Below are positions 19,815 through 29,364 of a DNA stretch of 64,000 nucleotides, piece by piece. Position 1 is the stretch's first letter; every line of letters starts with the position of its first letter. The position numbers and the translations under genes were made by a program. Origin of the DNA: Desulfobacterales bacterium (lineage in GTDB: Bacteria > Desulfobacterota > Desulfobacteria > Desulfobacterales > UBA5852); contig CAXXVS010000003.1 of the NCBI GenBank assembly GCA_963674755.2, positions 864,001 to 928,000 on the forward strand. The letters run 5' to 3'. Under the pieces are notes generated by a model, which saw only the letters and a program-made list of their open reading frames with translations, did not search any database and was not told the origin of the DNA.

Positions 19815-20165
19815 ATGGACAGGAAAGCCAAAATAAGGGAATACAGAGATAATCCACCCCCAATGGGTGTTTTCCGGATTACAAACAAAATAAACGGTAA
19901 ATTGCTTATCGGATCAAGTCCTAATCTGCCGGCAGCACTTAATCGCTTTAAAGCTGAGTTGAAGTTCGGTAGCTGCCGCAATGTTGTGTTGCAGAAAGAA
20001 TGGAAGGAATTTGGCCCTGAAGCGTTTGTATTTGAAGAACTTGAAATTCTTAAGCCGTTAAGTGATCCGAGTTATGATCCTGCCGCAGATCTCCGATTTC
20101 TTGAGGAGCTATGGACCGAAAAGCTAAAACCATATGGCGAAAATGGTTATAATAAACAACCCTAA
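19815..20165 (+). CDS. Small GIY-YIG nuclease family protein
   Basis: MGVFRITNKINGKLLIGSSPNL..LQKEWKEFGPEAFVFEELE; own AAAGGA RBS. Confidence 0.8.
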   Translation: MDRKAKIREYRDNPPPMGVFRITNKINGKLLIGSSPNLPAALNRFKAELKFGSCRNVVLQKEWKEFGPEAFVFEELEILKPLSDPSYDPAADLRFLEELWTEKLKPYGENGYNKQP

Positions 20166-20443
20166 AATATCACTTATATGGATTCAAAATTTTGGCGTAA
20201 AACAAAATATTAACTTTTCGGTAGGAAAGGCGCTTCCAACTCTTGGATTGGATACTCTTTTTAAAGATCTATTTTCAAACAAGAGTATCCTAATATTTAG
20301 TCACAATGCATATGATATTGATACAACAAAATCATTTTGTCAGAAGATTGAGAATGAAATTGATATCATTGATCTTCAATTAAACCACAGCGTTAAACCA
20401 AAAAAAAAATCGTAATCAAAAGGAGCATCCAAAAGAAAGCATC

Positions 20444-20794
20444 ATGCAAACTAAAAACATCCCGTTCCAGATAATCGATTGGTCAAAGATCGAAAAGACC
20501 ACGCATGAGGGGGCAACCGGTGTCGCCTATTGGCAGACGCTTCAATTTGACGGATTGAGGATAAGAAAGGTTGAATATTCGCCCGGCTACCTCGCCGATC
20601 ATTGGTGCCAAAAAGGGCATATCGTTCATTGCCTGGAAGGCGAAGTCGTCAATGAACTAAAGGATGGAAGAAAAAACGTATTGGTACCGGGCATGTCGTA
20701 TGTGGTTTCAGACGATTTGAGCTCTCATCGCTCCGTAACCGAGACCGGTGTGACATTACTGATAATCGATGGCGACTTCCTGAAGTTGAAATAA
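20444..20794 (+). CDS. DHCW-motif cupin fold protein
   Basis: YLADHWCQKGHIVHCLEG motif. Confidence 0.88.
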   Translation: MQTKNIPFQIIDWSKIEKTTHEGATGVAYWQTLQFDGLRIRKVEYSPGYLADHWCQKGHIVHCLEGEVVNELKDGRKNVLVPGMSYVVSDDLSSHRSVTETGVTLLIIDGDFLKLK

Positions 20795-20861
20795 ACCGTG
20801 TCGATGCGAAAGCGTTTGAGGAGCCGGGGATGGGAAAAAGCATGCTTGCCCATGGAATAGC

Positions 20862-20943
20862 AAGCCAATTGTTAGCTGGCCTTCATATGCTCAAGGACTG
20901 TATCGACAGGTGCCCCGAGAAGGAATGGAACGAACGCCATATG
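20862..20943 (+). pseudogene. Short fragment resembling a DinB-family N-terminus
   Basis: Reads SQLLAGLHMLKDCIDRCPEKEWNERH; rest of gene absent. Confidence 0.4.
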
Positions 20944-21039
20944 CGAAATGAGGTTTTAGTTTCGATCTAAGCACTCCACCTCTGGTGGAGGACCCGGAGA
21001 GATTCTATCGATCCGGGGAGCTTTTTTATAATTGGATTC

Positions 21040-21207
21040 TTCATTTTCTTCCACGTGGAAGAAAACGGAAGCAAAAGAAGACGCCCGTGTCCCGCTCAAC
21101 CCTGCGCGTCGTCGACACGGCCGGAGCGCGCGGAAACTCGCTTCGCTCAGACAGTCCGCACGCTTTTATCCGGCCGCATCGTCGATGCTCGGCGCGGGAC
21201 AATGGGA
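21040..21207. repeat. Structured dispersed repeat family B, copy 1
   Basis: 22-bp palindrome TTTTCTTCCACGTGGAAGAAAA, then GACGCCCGTGTCCCGC..CCCTGCGCGTCGTCGACACGGCCGGAGC..CGATGCTCGGCGCGGGACAA; matches 62633-62884. Confidence 0.85.
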
Positions 21208-21428
21208 AATTCAAAACCAAAATCTCAAAGACCGTTGTAAGCCCCCTTCGAGGGGTATTTGAGGCTTTCCGCTAAGCGCGAGGAGACTCACTTATCGCTT
21301 CGGTGAAGAAACAGAAGGCCGATATCAGGCCATTCATCCTGCAATCGAAAAGGAAAGCCTACGGCAGCCGACACCCTGCCCGCGCGGCGGCGCTCATCAT
21401 GGAGATTTCACAAGGGAGGAAAGCTAAT

Positions 21429-22340
21429 ATGCATGCCGTTCGGAACATTAAAAAAGTCCTCAAGGCCAAGCCGACGATGGAAGGTGCCGGCGTTCACCTG
21501 AACAGGGTATTCGGGTTCAGTGAGTTGCCCCTGTTCGATCCCTTCCTGCTTTTGGATGATTTCCGTTCCGATACTCCAGCCCAATACCTGAAAGGTTTCC
21601 CCTGGCATCCCCACCGCGGGATTGAAACGATCACCTACGTCCTGAAAGGCGACGTGGAGCACGGTGACAGTCTCGGGAACGAAGGCGTTATTGGCGCGGG
21701 GGATGTGCAGTGGATGACCGCGGGAAGCGGGATTATCCACCAGGAGATGCCCAAAGGCGACGGCAACGGAAAAATGTACGGCTTTCAGCTCTGGGCCAAT
21801 CTGCCGTCCCGTGCGAAGATGATGGACCCGCGCTATCGGGATGTGGCGAACGAACACATACCCGAAGTCAAGCTTTCCAACGATACGATTATCAGGATCA
21901 TTGCCGGCGAGGTATCCGGCACTAAGGGGCCGGTGCAGGATATCGTCATCGATCCCGAATATATCGATGTTACCGTCCCGGCAGGCTCGGAGTTCAGACA
22001 CCCCACGAAACGGGGCTATACGGTCTTTGTCTACATCATCGAAGGCCAGGGCTATTTCTGCCGGGAAAAGGACCCCTTCACCTACGAAATGGAAGGCATC
22101 AACTACTTTGACATCCAGGGCGAGCCGTTTGTCGACAACGGGAACCTAATCCTGTTCGACGACGGTGACGAGATCATGGCTTCCACAGGAGAGCATAAGG
22201 TGCGATTCCTCCTGATTTCCGGTAAGCCTATTGGTGAACCGGTTGCATGGTATGGCCCCATCGTTATGAATACCCATGACGAATTGCGCATCGCGTTTGA
22301 GGAGTACGAGCAGGGGACTTTCATCAAATATAAAGGCTGA
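21429..22340 (+). CDS. Pirin family protein
   Basis: DPFLLLD, GFPWHPHRGIETITY, WMTAGSGIIHQE, QLWANLP, GPIVMN. Confidence 0.93.
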   Translation: MHAVRNIKKVLKAKPTMEGAGVHLNRVFGFSELPLFDPFLLLDDFRSDTPAQYLKGFPWHPHRGIETITYVLKGDVEHGDSLGNEGVIGAGDVQWMTAGSGIIHQEMPKGDGNGKMYGFQLWANLPSRAKMMDPRYRDVANEHIPEVKLSNDTIIRIIAGEVSGTKGPVQDIVIDPEYIDVTVPAGSEFRHPTKRGYTVFVYIIEGQGYFCREKDPFTYEMEGINYFDIQGEPFVDNGNLILFDDGDEIMASTGEHKVRFLLISGKPIGEPVAWYGPIVMNTHDELRIAFEEYEQGTFIKYKG

Positions 22341-22348
22341 ATTCAATG

Positions 22349-22418
22349 GAACTGAATGTAGGAAAGCCGCACGTTCGGGACTGATTTGGGGCGGTTGGTA
22401 ACCGGCATTCCTACCACG
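22349..22418 (+). ncRNA. Degenerate group II intron domain V-VI relic
   Basis: GAACTGAATGTAGGAAAGCCGCACGTTCGG (DV-like stem with GAAA loop), then ..GGTAACCGGCATTCCTACC (DVI-like). Confidence 0.6.
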
Positions 22419-22732
22419 TCGGTTTAAAAAGAGCATACAAGCAATCCAAGGCATCTATGGGGTGTATAGGATCGAAAACTCGCAGAATGATAAGGGCTTG
22501 AAAGAAACCCCCCAAAAATTTTCACGATGCAAATATTAGCCTTGATCCAGGCCATCAATCCCCATAATTCCAAATCAATGCCCGTGAGGTGGTTCCGTCC
22601 AACAAGCGTTTTAGCGCCGGCTCCGCGCAGCAAAAACTATCGTTCGTCAGGCATGCAAGCAATAGTGCCAATGGACAAATTATTTCATTAGGCAAAAAGT
22701 AGAATCGCCAACTTAACTATAGGAGATGTACA

Positions 22733-23851
22733 TTGAAAAAATTCTCATATGCCGCAGTGTTATTTTTATTAGTAGGCCTGACCAGTATTGCCCATGCTAG
22801 GGAGCGGGAGAAGGAAATCATACCTTGGCCCCCAAATCTGCCCGTCTACGATCATATCGTCATCGTTGTGGAAGAAAATAAAGATTATGAAGAGGTTATA
22901 GGACAAAACTACGCCCCTTACCTAAACCAAACACTGAAGGCGGAAGGGGCCGACTTTGTTCAGATGTACGGTGAGGAGCATTTCAGTCAAGGGAATTACT
23001 TCTGGCTCTTTTCGGGGGACAACCATAATGTCGGCTTTGTTGATACGCCTCCTGAAGGTATTCCTTTCTCAACCCCTAACCTGGCATCTCAGTTGAGCGA
23101 AAAAACCCCCAATCCTTTAACATTCAAAGGGTATGCGGAAAATCTTCCAACGAATCACCTTGCTCCCTTTGACGAGAAAAAACTGTATGCTCGTAAGCAT
23201 GTACCGTGGGTCAGTTTTGACAACGTTCCTGTATCCTGCACGGTTGATTTTAAAGAATTCCCCCAAAATGCTGATGGATTTAAAAAGTTGCCGACGGTTT
23301 CCTTCGTTATCCCCAACCTCAACAACGACATGCACAACATTCCTGAGGGCGGAACAATTGAAGATGCCGTCAGAAAAGGCGACAAGTGGCTGGAAGATAA
23401 TATTGGCCCTTACTATAATTGGGCGAAAACAAACAACAGTCTTCTAATTGTCACCTTCGATGAAAACGATGACAAGAGGTCGTATTGTGGACTAACGAAT
23501 CCCTGGTTTGCAGAATTTTATAGAAATGACGGTAAAATAAAGAAGATTCTTGACCCCGAGTTGTATGAGGATATGAAGAATAGGACCATAACTATTTTCG
23601 CTGGCGCCCATATAAGGCCAGGCATCTATAAAGAAGATCGCGGTATTACGCATGTTAATATTTTGCGCACGATTGAGTCCATGTACGGACTTCCCAAAGC
23701 GGGTGCTCAGCAGCCTAATGCCGCAGGTGAATCATTTGTGGCAAACGATTTGGTTGTGACCGAAGAACAATCCTTAAAAGGAAAACCGCTTGTTAAAAAA
23801 GGTATCAGCGATGACTATATCATAACGGATGTATTTGAATACGTAAAATGA
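22733..23851 (+). CDS. Secreted phosphoesterase/acid phosphatase (alkaline phosphatase superfamily)
   Basis: Signal peptide; HIVIVVEENK, HFSQGNY, YARKHVPW, NDMH, TFDE; AGGAG RBS before TTG. Confidence 0.85.
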   Translation: MKKFSYAAVLFLLVGLTSIAHAREREKEIIPWPPNLPVYDHIVIVVEENKDYEEVIGQNYAPYLNQTLKAEGADFVQMYGEEHFSQGNYFWLFSGDNHNVGFVDTPPEGIPFSTPNLASQLSEKTPNPLTFKGYAENLPTNHLAPFDEKKLYARKHVPWVSFDNVPVSCTVDFKEFPQNADGFKKLPTVSFVIPNLNNDMHNIPEGGTIEDAVRKGDKWLEDNIGPYYNWAKTNNSLLIVTFDENDDKRSYCGLTNPWFAEFYRNDGKIKKILDPELYEDMKNRTITIFAGAHIRPGIYKEDRGITHVNILRTIESMYGLPKAGAQQPNAAGESFVANDLVVTEEQSLKGKPLVKKGISDDYIITDVFEYVK

Positions 23852-23926
23852 ATCGCCAGCTATCCACATTCATAGAAGAGCATATTTCTACAAGACCCAG
23901 AAGACTATTTATAAAAGGACGTAATT

Positions 23927-24017
23927 GCATCGCAATCGCATTCACTAGACGGAAGGAAGCGCAGCGGCGCTGACGCGGCCGGCTTGGCTGGGCCGCTGGT
24001 GATGCCGGTCGTTATGT
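23927..24017 (+). mobile_element. Degenerate attC-like site 3
   Basis: Inner arms GCAT(T)CACTA / TGGTGATGC, GC-rich central region, right core GTTATGT; left core mutated (GCATCGC). Confidence 0.55.
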
Positions 24018-24442
24018 GGTTTTGGTCATCATTAAATAGAATACACAAGACGGATATGAAAAACATGAAATTGATAGAAAGTGAAGGTTTAACAAATATT
24101 TGTATCGTTATATGGGGACCACAGAGGGATAGCCCTAATTTTGATAAAACATCCATGCCAAAACATAACTTTTAGTTGATAGTGCATCCACATCGTCTTC
24201 CTGAACCGGTCGCAACCCTCATGTGAGTTCTGAATTCACCCTGTTATTTTCTTCTATCAGTATTTTGTTTTTGACAATGTCCATAGATGGGACGACCCTC
24301 TGCGTATCAATCTTTTTGAGGTGGTGGTTGAAATGATGTATGCCAAGGTCATATTTCAGGTGCATAGCGTGGTGCCGCTGCCGTGAAGATTTTAACCAAC
24401 TGCTGGCAAAGTGCTATCAGCCGGGAGGAAGGAGGTGCGGAT

Positions 24443-24544
24443 ATGGCCATGAATCGTGTTGCACTTTATCGCAAGATGCTGACATGCCGGCGGCTGGAGG
24501 AGGCGATCGCGGTCCTCTGGCACGAAGGGCGCATATCCGGTTGA
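24443..24544 (+). pseudogene. 5' fragment of a TPP-dependent dehydrogenase E1 alpha gene
   Basis: AGGAGG RBS; MAMNRVALYRKMLTCRRLEEAIAVLWHEGRISG* resembles the N-terminus of the E1 alpha at 36398. Confidence 0.6.
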
Positions 24545-24900
24545 TTTCCAAGACGGATTTCTGCCGGGCCGTGATCGCCGCCATCACCAATGCGCATGCC
24601 AGGGGCATCTATCATGTGGGCGACGAAGGTTGCGACACCCTGCAATCGTTCCTCGATCTGGCTTGTGCGACCTGGGGCTGCCGGAAACCCTGGCGTATGC
24701 CCCTGTGGCTCATCTATACGGCGGCTGAAACGTCCGAGTTTTTTTCCCGGCTATTCGGAATCCAAAGTCCCCTAACGAAGGATTTTATCGATATCGGACG
24801 CGTGCCGTATTTAGGCGATACCTCCCGCTTTCGGGCGGAATTGATGCCTGATTTGGAATATGCCGACATCAAATGCGGTATCCGGGAAATGCTGCGGTAG
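24541..24900 (+). pseudogene. 3' fragment of an NAD-dependent epimerase/dehydratase-like gene
   Basis: ISKTDFCRAVIAAI..GIYHVGDE..GDTSRFRAEL; no Rossmann N-terminus. Confidence 0.55.
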
Positions 24901-24990
24901 GCCGAGGCAGGGCTTGCCATTTTCCCCAAAATGCCAATCCTTTTCGTTAGATATTGACGTAACGGCAACCATTCATCCCGCGGAGGCCAC

Positions 24991-25695
24991 ATGGAAAAGG
25001 TCAAAGGATTGTTTTTCGATGTCGGGGGGACTGTGTTCGATTGGAAGAATACGATCCGGGAGGAAATTCAACGCCTGGCCGGTGAAAAGGGAGACGTCAT
25101 CGATAGCGAAGCCTTTGCCATTGACTGGCGAGGCGCCATGTTCGGGGTTCACAATCGGGTACGGCAGGGGGATCTGCCCTGGATGAATGCGGACGAGATG
25201 CATCTGCGGGCCCTGGATTCAATGGCCGGAAAGTACCCACTTCTATCCGGCATCGATGGCGAAACCCTTGTAAAAGCCACCTGGCATCGGCTCAGGGCCT
25301 TTGCCGGCGCCCAGGGGGCCATCACGCGGCTGCGGACCCGGTACACGGTCGTCGTGCTGACGATATTGAGTTGGGAAAGCATCGTCAGCAGCTCCAAAGC
25401 CGCCGGGGTGCAATGGGACGGCATTCTGTCCTGTGAGTTCCTGGGCTACTACAAACCTTCCCTGCAATCCTACCGCAAAGCCGTCCATCTGCTGGGGCTG
25501 AAGCCGGAAGAGGCCATGATGGTGGCGGCCCATGAAGGCGATCTGGCCGCTGCCCGGACCGCCGGGATGCATACCGCCTTCGTCAAGGTTCCGGAAGAAG
25601 ACATTTTATCGGAGGGTTTCGGCCAAACCACGGCGACCGGTTTCGATATCGAGGCCCCGGATTTTGAAGTCCTGTGCCAAAAACTGGGCGTCTAA
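24991..25695 (+). CDS. Haloacid dehalogenase type II-like hydrolase
   Basis: FFDVGGTVFDW, YKP, MMVAAHEGDL. Confidence 0.88.
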   Translation: MEKVKGLFFDVGGTVFDWKNTIREEIQRLAGEKGDVIDSEAFAIDWRGAMFGVHNRVRQGDLPWMNADEMHLRALDSMAGKYPLLSGIDGETLVKATWHRLRAFAGAQGAITRLRTRYTVVVLTILSWESIVSSSKAAGVQWDGILSCEFLGYYKPSLQSYRKAVHLLGLKPEEAMMVAAHEGDLAAARTAGMHTAFVKVPEEDILSEGFGQTTATGFDIEAPDFEVLCQKLGV

Positions 25696-25805
25696 ACCCG
25701 CCCTTCTTCATATTTGTCCCAGCCGGCCCGTGTTTAAGATTTTGTAAACGACCTGAAGTGTTTTAACTTCAAAGGAAGAAACCAGCGCATCGCATGGGAG
25801 GTTTT

Positions 25806-26177
25806 ATGTTCCGCATCATACAAAGCGGCCGCAATCGTCTGGACATCGTTTTGAGCGGAAAGTTGGATGCTGAAGAGATGAAAGTCGCATTGGACGATTT
25901 TGCCGACAAGTCCCGACATATTGAAGACGGCCGGATGCTCTACGACATCATCGATTTTCATCTGCCGTCGCTGGCGGCCATCAAAATCGAGTTTGCACGG
26001 CTGCCCGCGATGATCGGGCTGATGAAGAAATTCGACCGGGCTGCGGTACTGACGGACAAAGCCTGGTTGCAGAAGGTCAGTGAGCTGGAAGGGCTTTTCA
26101 CCCCCGGGCTGGAGATCAAAGCCTTTGACCGGGACCAGAAGGCGGAGGCCGAGGCCTGGTTGGCGCGCCAGGCGTGA
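25806..26177 (+). CDS. STAS/SEC14 (SpoIIAA-like) domain protein
   Basis: SGKLDAEEM, FDRAAVLTDKAWL, EAEAWL; GGAGG RBS. Confidence 0.8.
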   Translation: MFRIIQSGRNRLDIVLSGKLDAEEMKVALDDFADKSRHIEDGRMLYDIIDFHLPSLAAIKIEFARLPAMIGLMKKFDRAAVLTDKAWLQKVSELEGLFTPGLEIKAFDRDQKAEAEAWLARQA

Positions 26178-26310
26178 TGGCGCTTGCTTTTTTGCCTGAT
26201 GAGGTTAGAATGCCCGACCGGCAAGGGGCGAAGGGGTGCTGCCCTATGGCCATCCCGTCAGATGCCGGGCAATTACGCAACAATACCGGGTTCACACCCA
26301 GGAGGACCTA

Positions 26311-27141
26311 ATGCCGGTCATTACCATCAATCGGGGATCGTACAGCCGGGGCAAAACGGTTGCTGAAAAGCTTGCCGGGCGATTGGGGTATGAATGTGTT
26401 TCGCGGGACATCCTGCTGGATGCCTCGGACGAATTCAGCATCCCTGAAATCAAGCTCGTCCGGGCGCTGCATGACGCCCCCTCCGTGCTGGAACGGTTTA
26501 CCCACGGCAAGGAACGCTACATCAGCTATCTTTACTCCGCGCTGCTCCAGCATGTGCGTAAGGACAATGTCGTTTACCATGGACTGGCGGGGCAATATTT
26601 TCTAGGCCATATCCCCCATGTCTTGAAAGTACGCATTATCGCCGACCTGCAGGACCGGGTGCAGGAAGAGATGCGACGGGAGGATATCTCGGCGGAAAAG
26701 GCACGCTACATCCTCAAGAAGGATGACGACGAACGCCGCAAGTGGGGCCTCCAGGTCTACGGTACGGACACCTGGGACAGCCGTCTCTATGATATCGTCC
26801 TGAATATCCACAAGGTGACGGTTGACGACGCGGTGGATATCCTCTGCCAGATGATTCAGAGACCGGCTTTTCAAACCACCCCCCAGTCCCGCAAACTGGT
26901 TGAAGACCTGGCGCTTTCAGCCCTGGTCAAAGCCAAATTGGCCCTGCTGGCGCCGAAAATCCAGGTGGTTTCCGATGACGGCATCGTCTACCTCAATCAA
27001 CTGGACGCGGCGGAAGAAAAAGAATGGATCGACGAGTTAAAGCGCTTCGCCGCAAAGGTCGAAGGCGTCAAGGAGGTGCGTTTCAATGACGGTGTGCCGG
27101 CGGCGCACCGGGATCATATCAATCCATTCCACAACATTTGA
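26311..27141 (+). CDS. Cytidylate kinase-like family protein with BON-like C-terminus
   Basis: VITINRGSYSRGKTVAEKLA, LKVRIIA, YDIVLN; AGGAGG RBS. Confidence 0.85.
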   Translation: MPVITINRGSYSRGKTVAEKLAGRLGYECVSRDILLDASDEFSIPEIKLVRALHDAPSVLERFTHGKERYISYLYSALLQHVRKDNVVYHGLAGQYFLGHIPHVLKVRIIADLQDRVQEEMRREDISAEKARYILKKDDDERRKWGLQVYGTDTWDSRLYDIVLNIHKVTVDDAVDILCQMIQRPAFQTTPQSRKLVEDLALSALVKAKLALLAPKIQVVSDDGIVYLNQLDAAEEKEWIDELKRFAAKVEGVKEVRFNDGVPAAHRDHINPFHNI

Positions 27142-27262
27142 CGGTTTCGTAAAATGTCCGATATCGGCGTTACGCGGATCCTTCGTCACTGCGGCGTACG
27201 ATAGGTACGCCGCCCTCCTCAGGATCCGCAAGCCTTGATCTCGGATAGCTCACGAAACCGAC
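27140..27262. repeat. Repeat family A, copy 2
   Basis: 123 bp like copy 1; GACGGTTTCGT..ACGAAACCGAC ends; same core. Confidence 0.8.
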
Positions 27263-27313
27263 TTAAGTTTGACCTTTCACAGATCTACCATCCCGATTTG
27301 TAAGGATTTCCAT

Positions 27314-27781
27314 TTGCTGCACATCTATGTCGATGCCGATGCCTGTCCGGTGAAAGAAGAAGTGTATCGCGTGGCGCGGCGCTATCGCCTATCGGTCACG
27401 CTGGTGGCCAATTCCCGGATGCAGATTCCGAACGAGCAGCGGATCCGGCTGGAGGTCGTAGCCGACAGATTCGACGCGGCCGACGACTGGATCGTCTCCC
27501 ATGTGCAGCCTCATGACATCGTGGTAACGGCCGACGTGGTGCTGGCCAGCCGCTGCGTGCAGGCGGGGGCACGTGTGATCGGTCCTGGCGGCAAACCGTT
27601 CACCGAAGACAATGTCGGGCAGGCTGTGGCCATGCGCGATCTGATGGCCGACCTGCGCGCCACCGGCGAAGTTACCGGCGGGCCGCCGCCGCTCACCAAA
27701 CGCGACCGGTCGCGTTTTCTTCAAAAGCTGGATGAAGTGATCCAGGCCATCCGGCGTGCGCAGCCACCCCTCCAGGAATGA
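27314..27781 (+). CDS. YaiI/YqxD (UPF0178) family protein
   Basis: IYVDADACPVK, DAADDWI, DIVVTAD, GGPPP. Confidence 0.92.
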   Translation: MLHIYVDADACPVKEEVYRVARRYRLSVTLVANSRMQIPNEQRIRLEVVADRFDAADDWIVSHVQPHDIVVTADVVLASRCVQAGARVIGPGGKPFTEDNVGQAVAMRDLMADLRATGEVTGGPPPLTKRDRSRFLQKLDEVIQAIRRAQPPLQE

Positions 27782-28004
27782 AACCCCGTTGTCTTGGGCC
27801 TTGACCGCTGCGTCTCGGGTCAGGGGGCCCCCCGGAATATCGTCGCGCGCGCGACCGGCCAGGCGGAATGGGGCAAGCGTGCTTTGCCGCAGAGGGAAGG
27901 CATCTTTTCCCGGAATGCTTCGGAACACTTTTGACAAGGGGCGTCTAAAATGAGATTGAAAAGTGCATCCTGTTTACACCAAAACCAAGCAGCCGGACCG
28001 CACC

Positions 28005-28916
28005 ATGCATCATTTTCTTCGCAAACACCCCCTGATCCTGATGGAAGCCGCCATTACCGAACCTCTCCGGCGGATGGAGGACGTGAGCCTGCATCCCACC
28101 CTCACGGTTTCAGCGCTGATCTATGACGACCGCGGCCGGTGCGAGCTTGAAAGACTCTACCTGGGATGTATGCAGGTGGCCCGCGCGGCGGAGCTGCCCT
28201 TCGTGATGTTTACGCCCACCTGGCGGGCCAATGCCGAACGGGTAAAAGACGCCGGCGCAGCGGCAACGATCAATGTCGATGCCACCCAGTTTATGCGGGG
28301 GCTTCGCGCCCGGTACGGTGGGGACGAGGCCATGATTAAAATCGGCGGTCTGATCGGTTGCCGGAACGACGCTTACCGTCCCCGGGAGGGGTTGCCCCCT
28401 GCGGACGCCGAGCGGTTCCATGCCTGGCAGATCGACCAGCTGGCCCAGGCCGGCGTTGATTTTCTGGTTGCGGAGACCCTGCCAGCGGTCCCGGAAGCCG
28501 TCGGCATTGCCCGGGCCATGGCGGGAACAGGGTTGCCCTACGTCATCAGTTTCGTGATCGGCCGCAACGGCCGTGTGCTGGACGGCACGGATTTGCCGGC
28601 GGCCGTCGCCACCGTCGATGCGGCCACGCTCACCAAGCCGCTCGGTTTCATGGTCAACTGCTCCTACCCGACCTTTTTGCATGCCGATGAGCAGCCGAGG
28701 GCGCTTTTCGAGCGCCTGATCGGCTACCAGGCCAACGCCTCGTCGTTGGACCATGACGCCCTCGACAATGCCGATGAGATGCACGGGGAGGATGTATCCG
28801 AATGGGGCCGCGCCATGCTGGCCCTCAATCGGGACCACGGGGTCCGGATGCTGGGCGGCTGCTGCGGCACCGGGGCGGCGCATCTGCGTTACATCGCCGC
28901 GCATTCCGCCAGCTGA
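28005..28916 (+). CDS. Homocysteine S-methyltransferase family protein
   Basis: TPTWRAN, MVNC and LGGCCGT Zn-ligand motifs. Confidence 0.88.
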   Translation: MHHFLRKHPLILMEAAITEPLRRMEDVSLHPTLTVSALIYDDRGRCELERLYLGCMQVARAAELPFVMFTPTWRANAERVKDAGAAATINVDATQFMRGLRARYGGDEAMIKIGGLIGCRNDAYRPREGLPPADAERFHAWQIDQLAQAGVDFLVAETLPAVPEAVGIARAMAGTGLPYVISFVIGRNGRVLDGTDLPAAVATVDAATLTKPLGFMVNCSYPTFLHADEQPRALFERLIGYQANASSLDHDALDNADEMHGEDVSEWGRAMLALNRDHGVRMLGGCCGTGAAHLRYIAAHSAS

Positions 28917-29042
28917 GCGCATTACCCATGGGCTTGCGGATGATATTGGCGAACTAAACTCTTTTCCCATTCCGCATATAAAAGATCTTGGTATCAATCG
29001 CGTCATTGCATTCGTGTCGGAATTTTTACCCAAGGAGGTCAA

Positions 29043-29255
29043 ATGGAACCGGATAAGCTGATGGATGGTTTGTCGAAAGAGTTGACGGGCGCGCTGAAGG
29101 CCATGGCGAAGACAAAGGATGTCGCTGAAAAGGAGACCTACAGCCGAATCGTAAAAAACCTGTGTGAGTCGCTGGGTGTGTTTTTAAATCTGGTCAGTGA
29201 AATGATGCCCTTTGAGTTTGATGACGATTCGACGGATGAAGACTTGCCGTTCTGA
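29043..29255 (+). CDS. Small hypothetical protein
   Basis: AAGGAGG RBS; 70 aa with acidic tail. Confidence 0.65.
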   Translation: MEPDKLMDGLSKELTGALKAMAKTKDVAEKETYSRIVKNLCESLGVFLNLVSEMMPFEFDDDSTDEDLPF

Positions 29256-29364
29256 AAGCGGCCCGACCGCCATCCCATTAATGATTGAAAGATGTCCCTG
29301 GCACGGGTTCCTACCGTGATTGACAAGGCCTGCCGCTTCGGGTATGTCGAATGCCGACATAACA

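Noticed and set aside
19566..20165. Apparent RT-thumb/GIY-YIG fusion ORF (Penelope-like architecture)
   Set aside because: The RT part is a frameshifted fragment without a catalytic domain, an attC-like site lies between the parts, and the GIY-YIG gene has its own RBS; best read as a chance in-frame join
20134..20415. 93-aa AT-rich ORF
   Set aside because: No RBS or recognisable motif; probably a gene fragment
20985..21275. ORFs over repeat family B (also 62600-62923) and the N-terminal extension of ORF 34273-35403
   Set aside because: They translate non-coding repeats
22597..22650. Possible further attC site (GTCCAAC..GTTCGTC)
   Set aside because: Short, cores poorly complementary, no intact gene directly upstream
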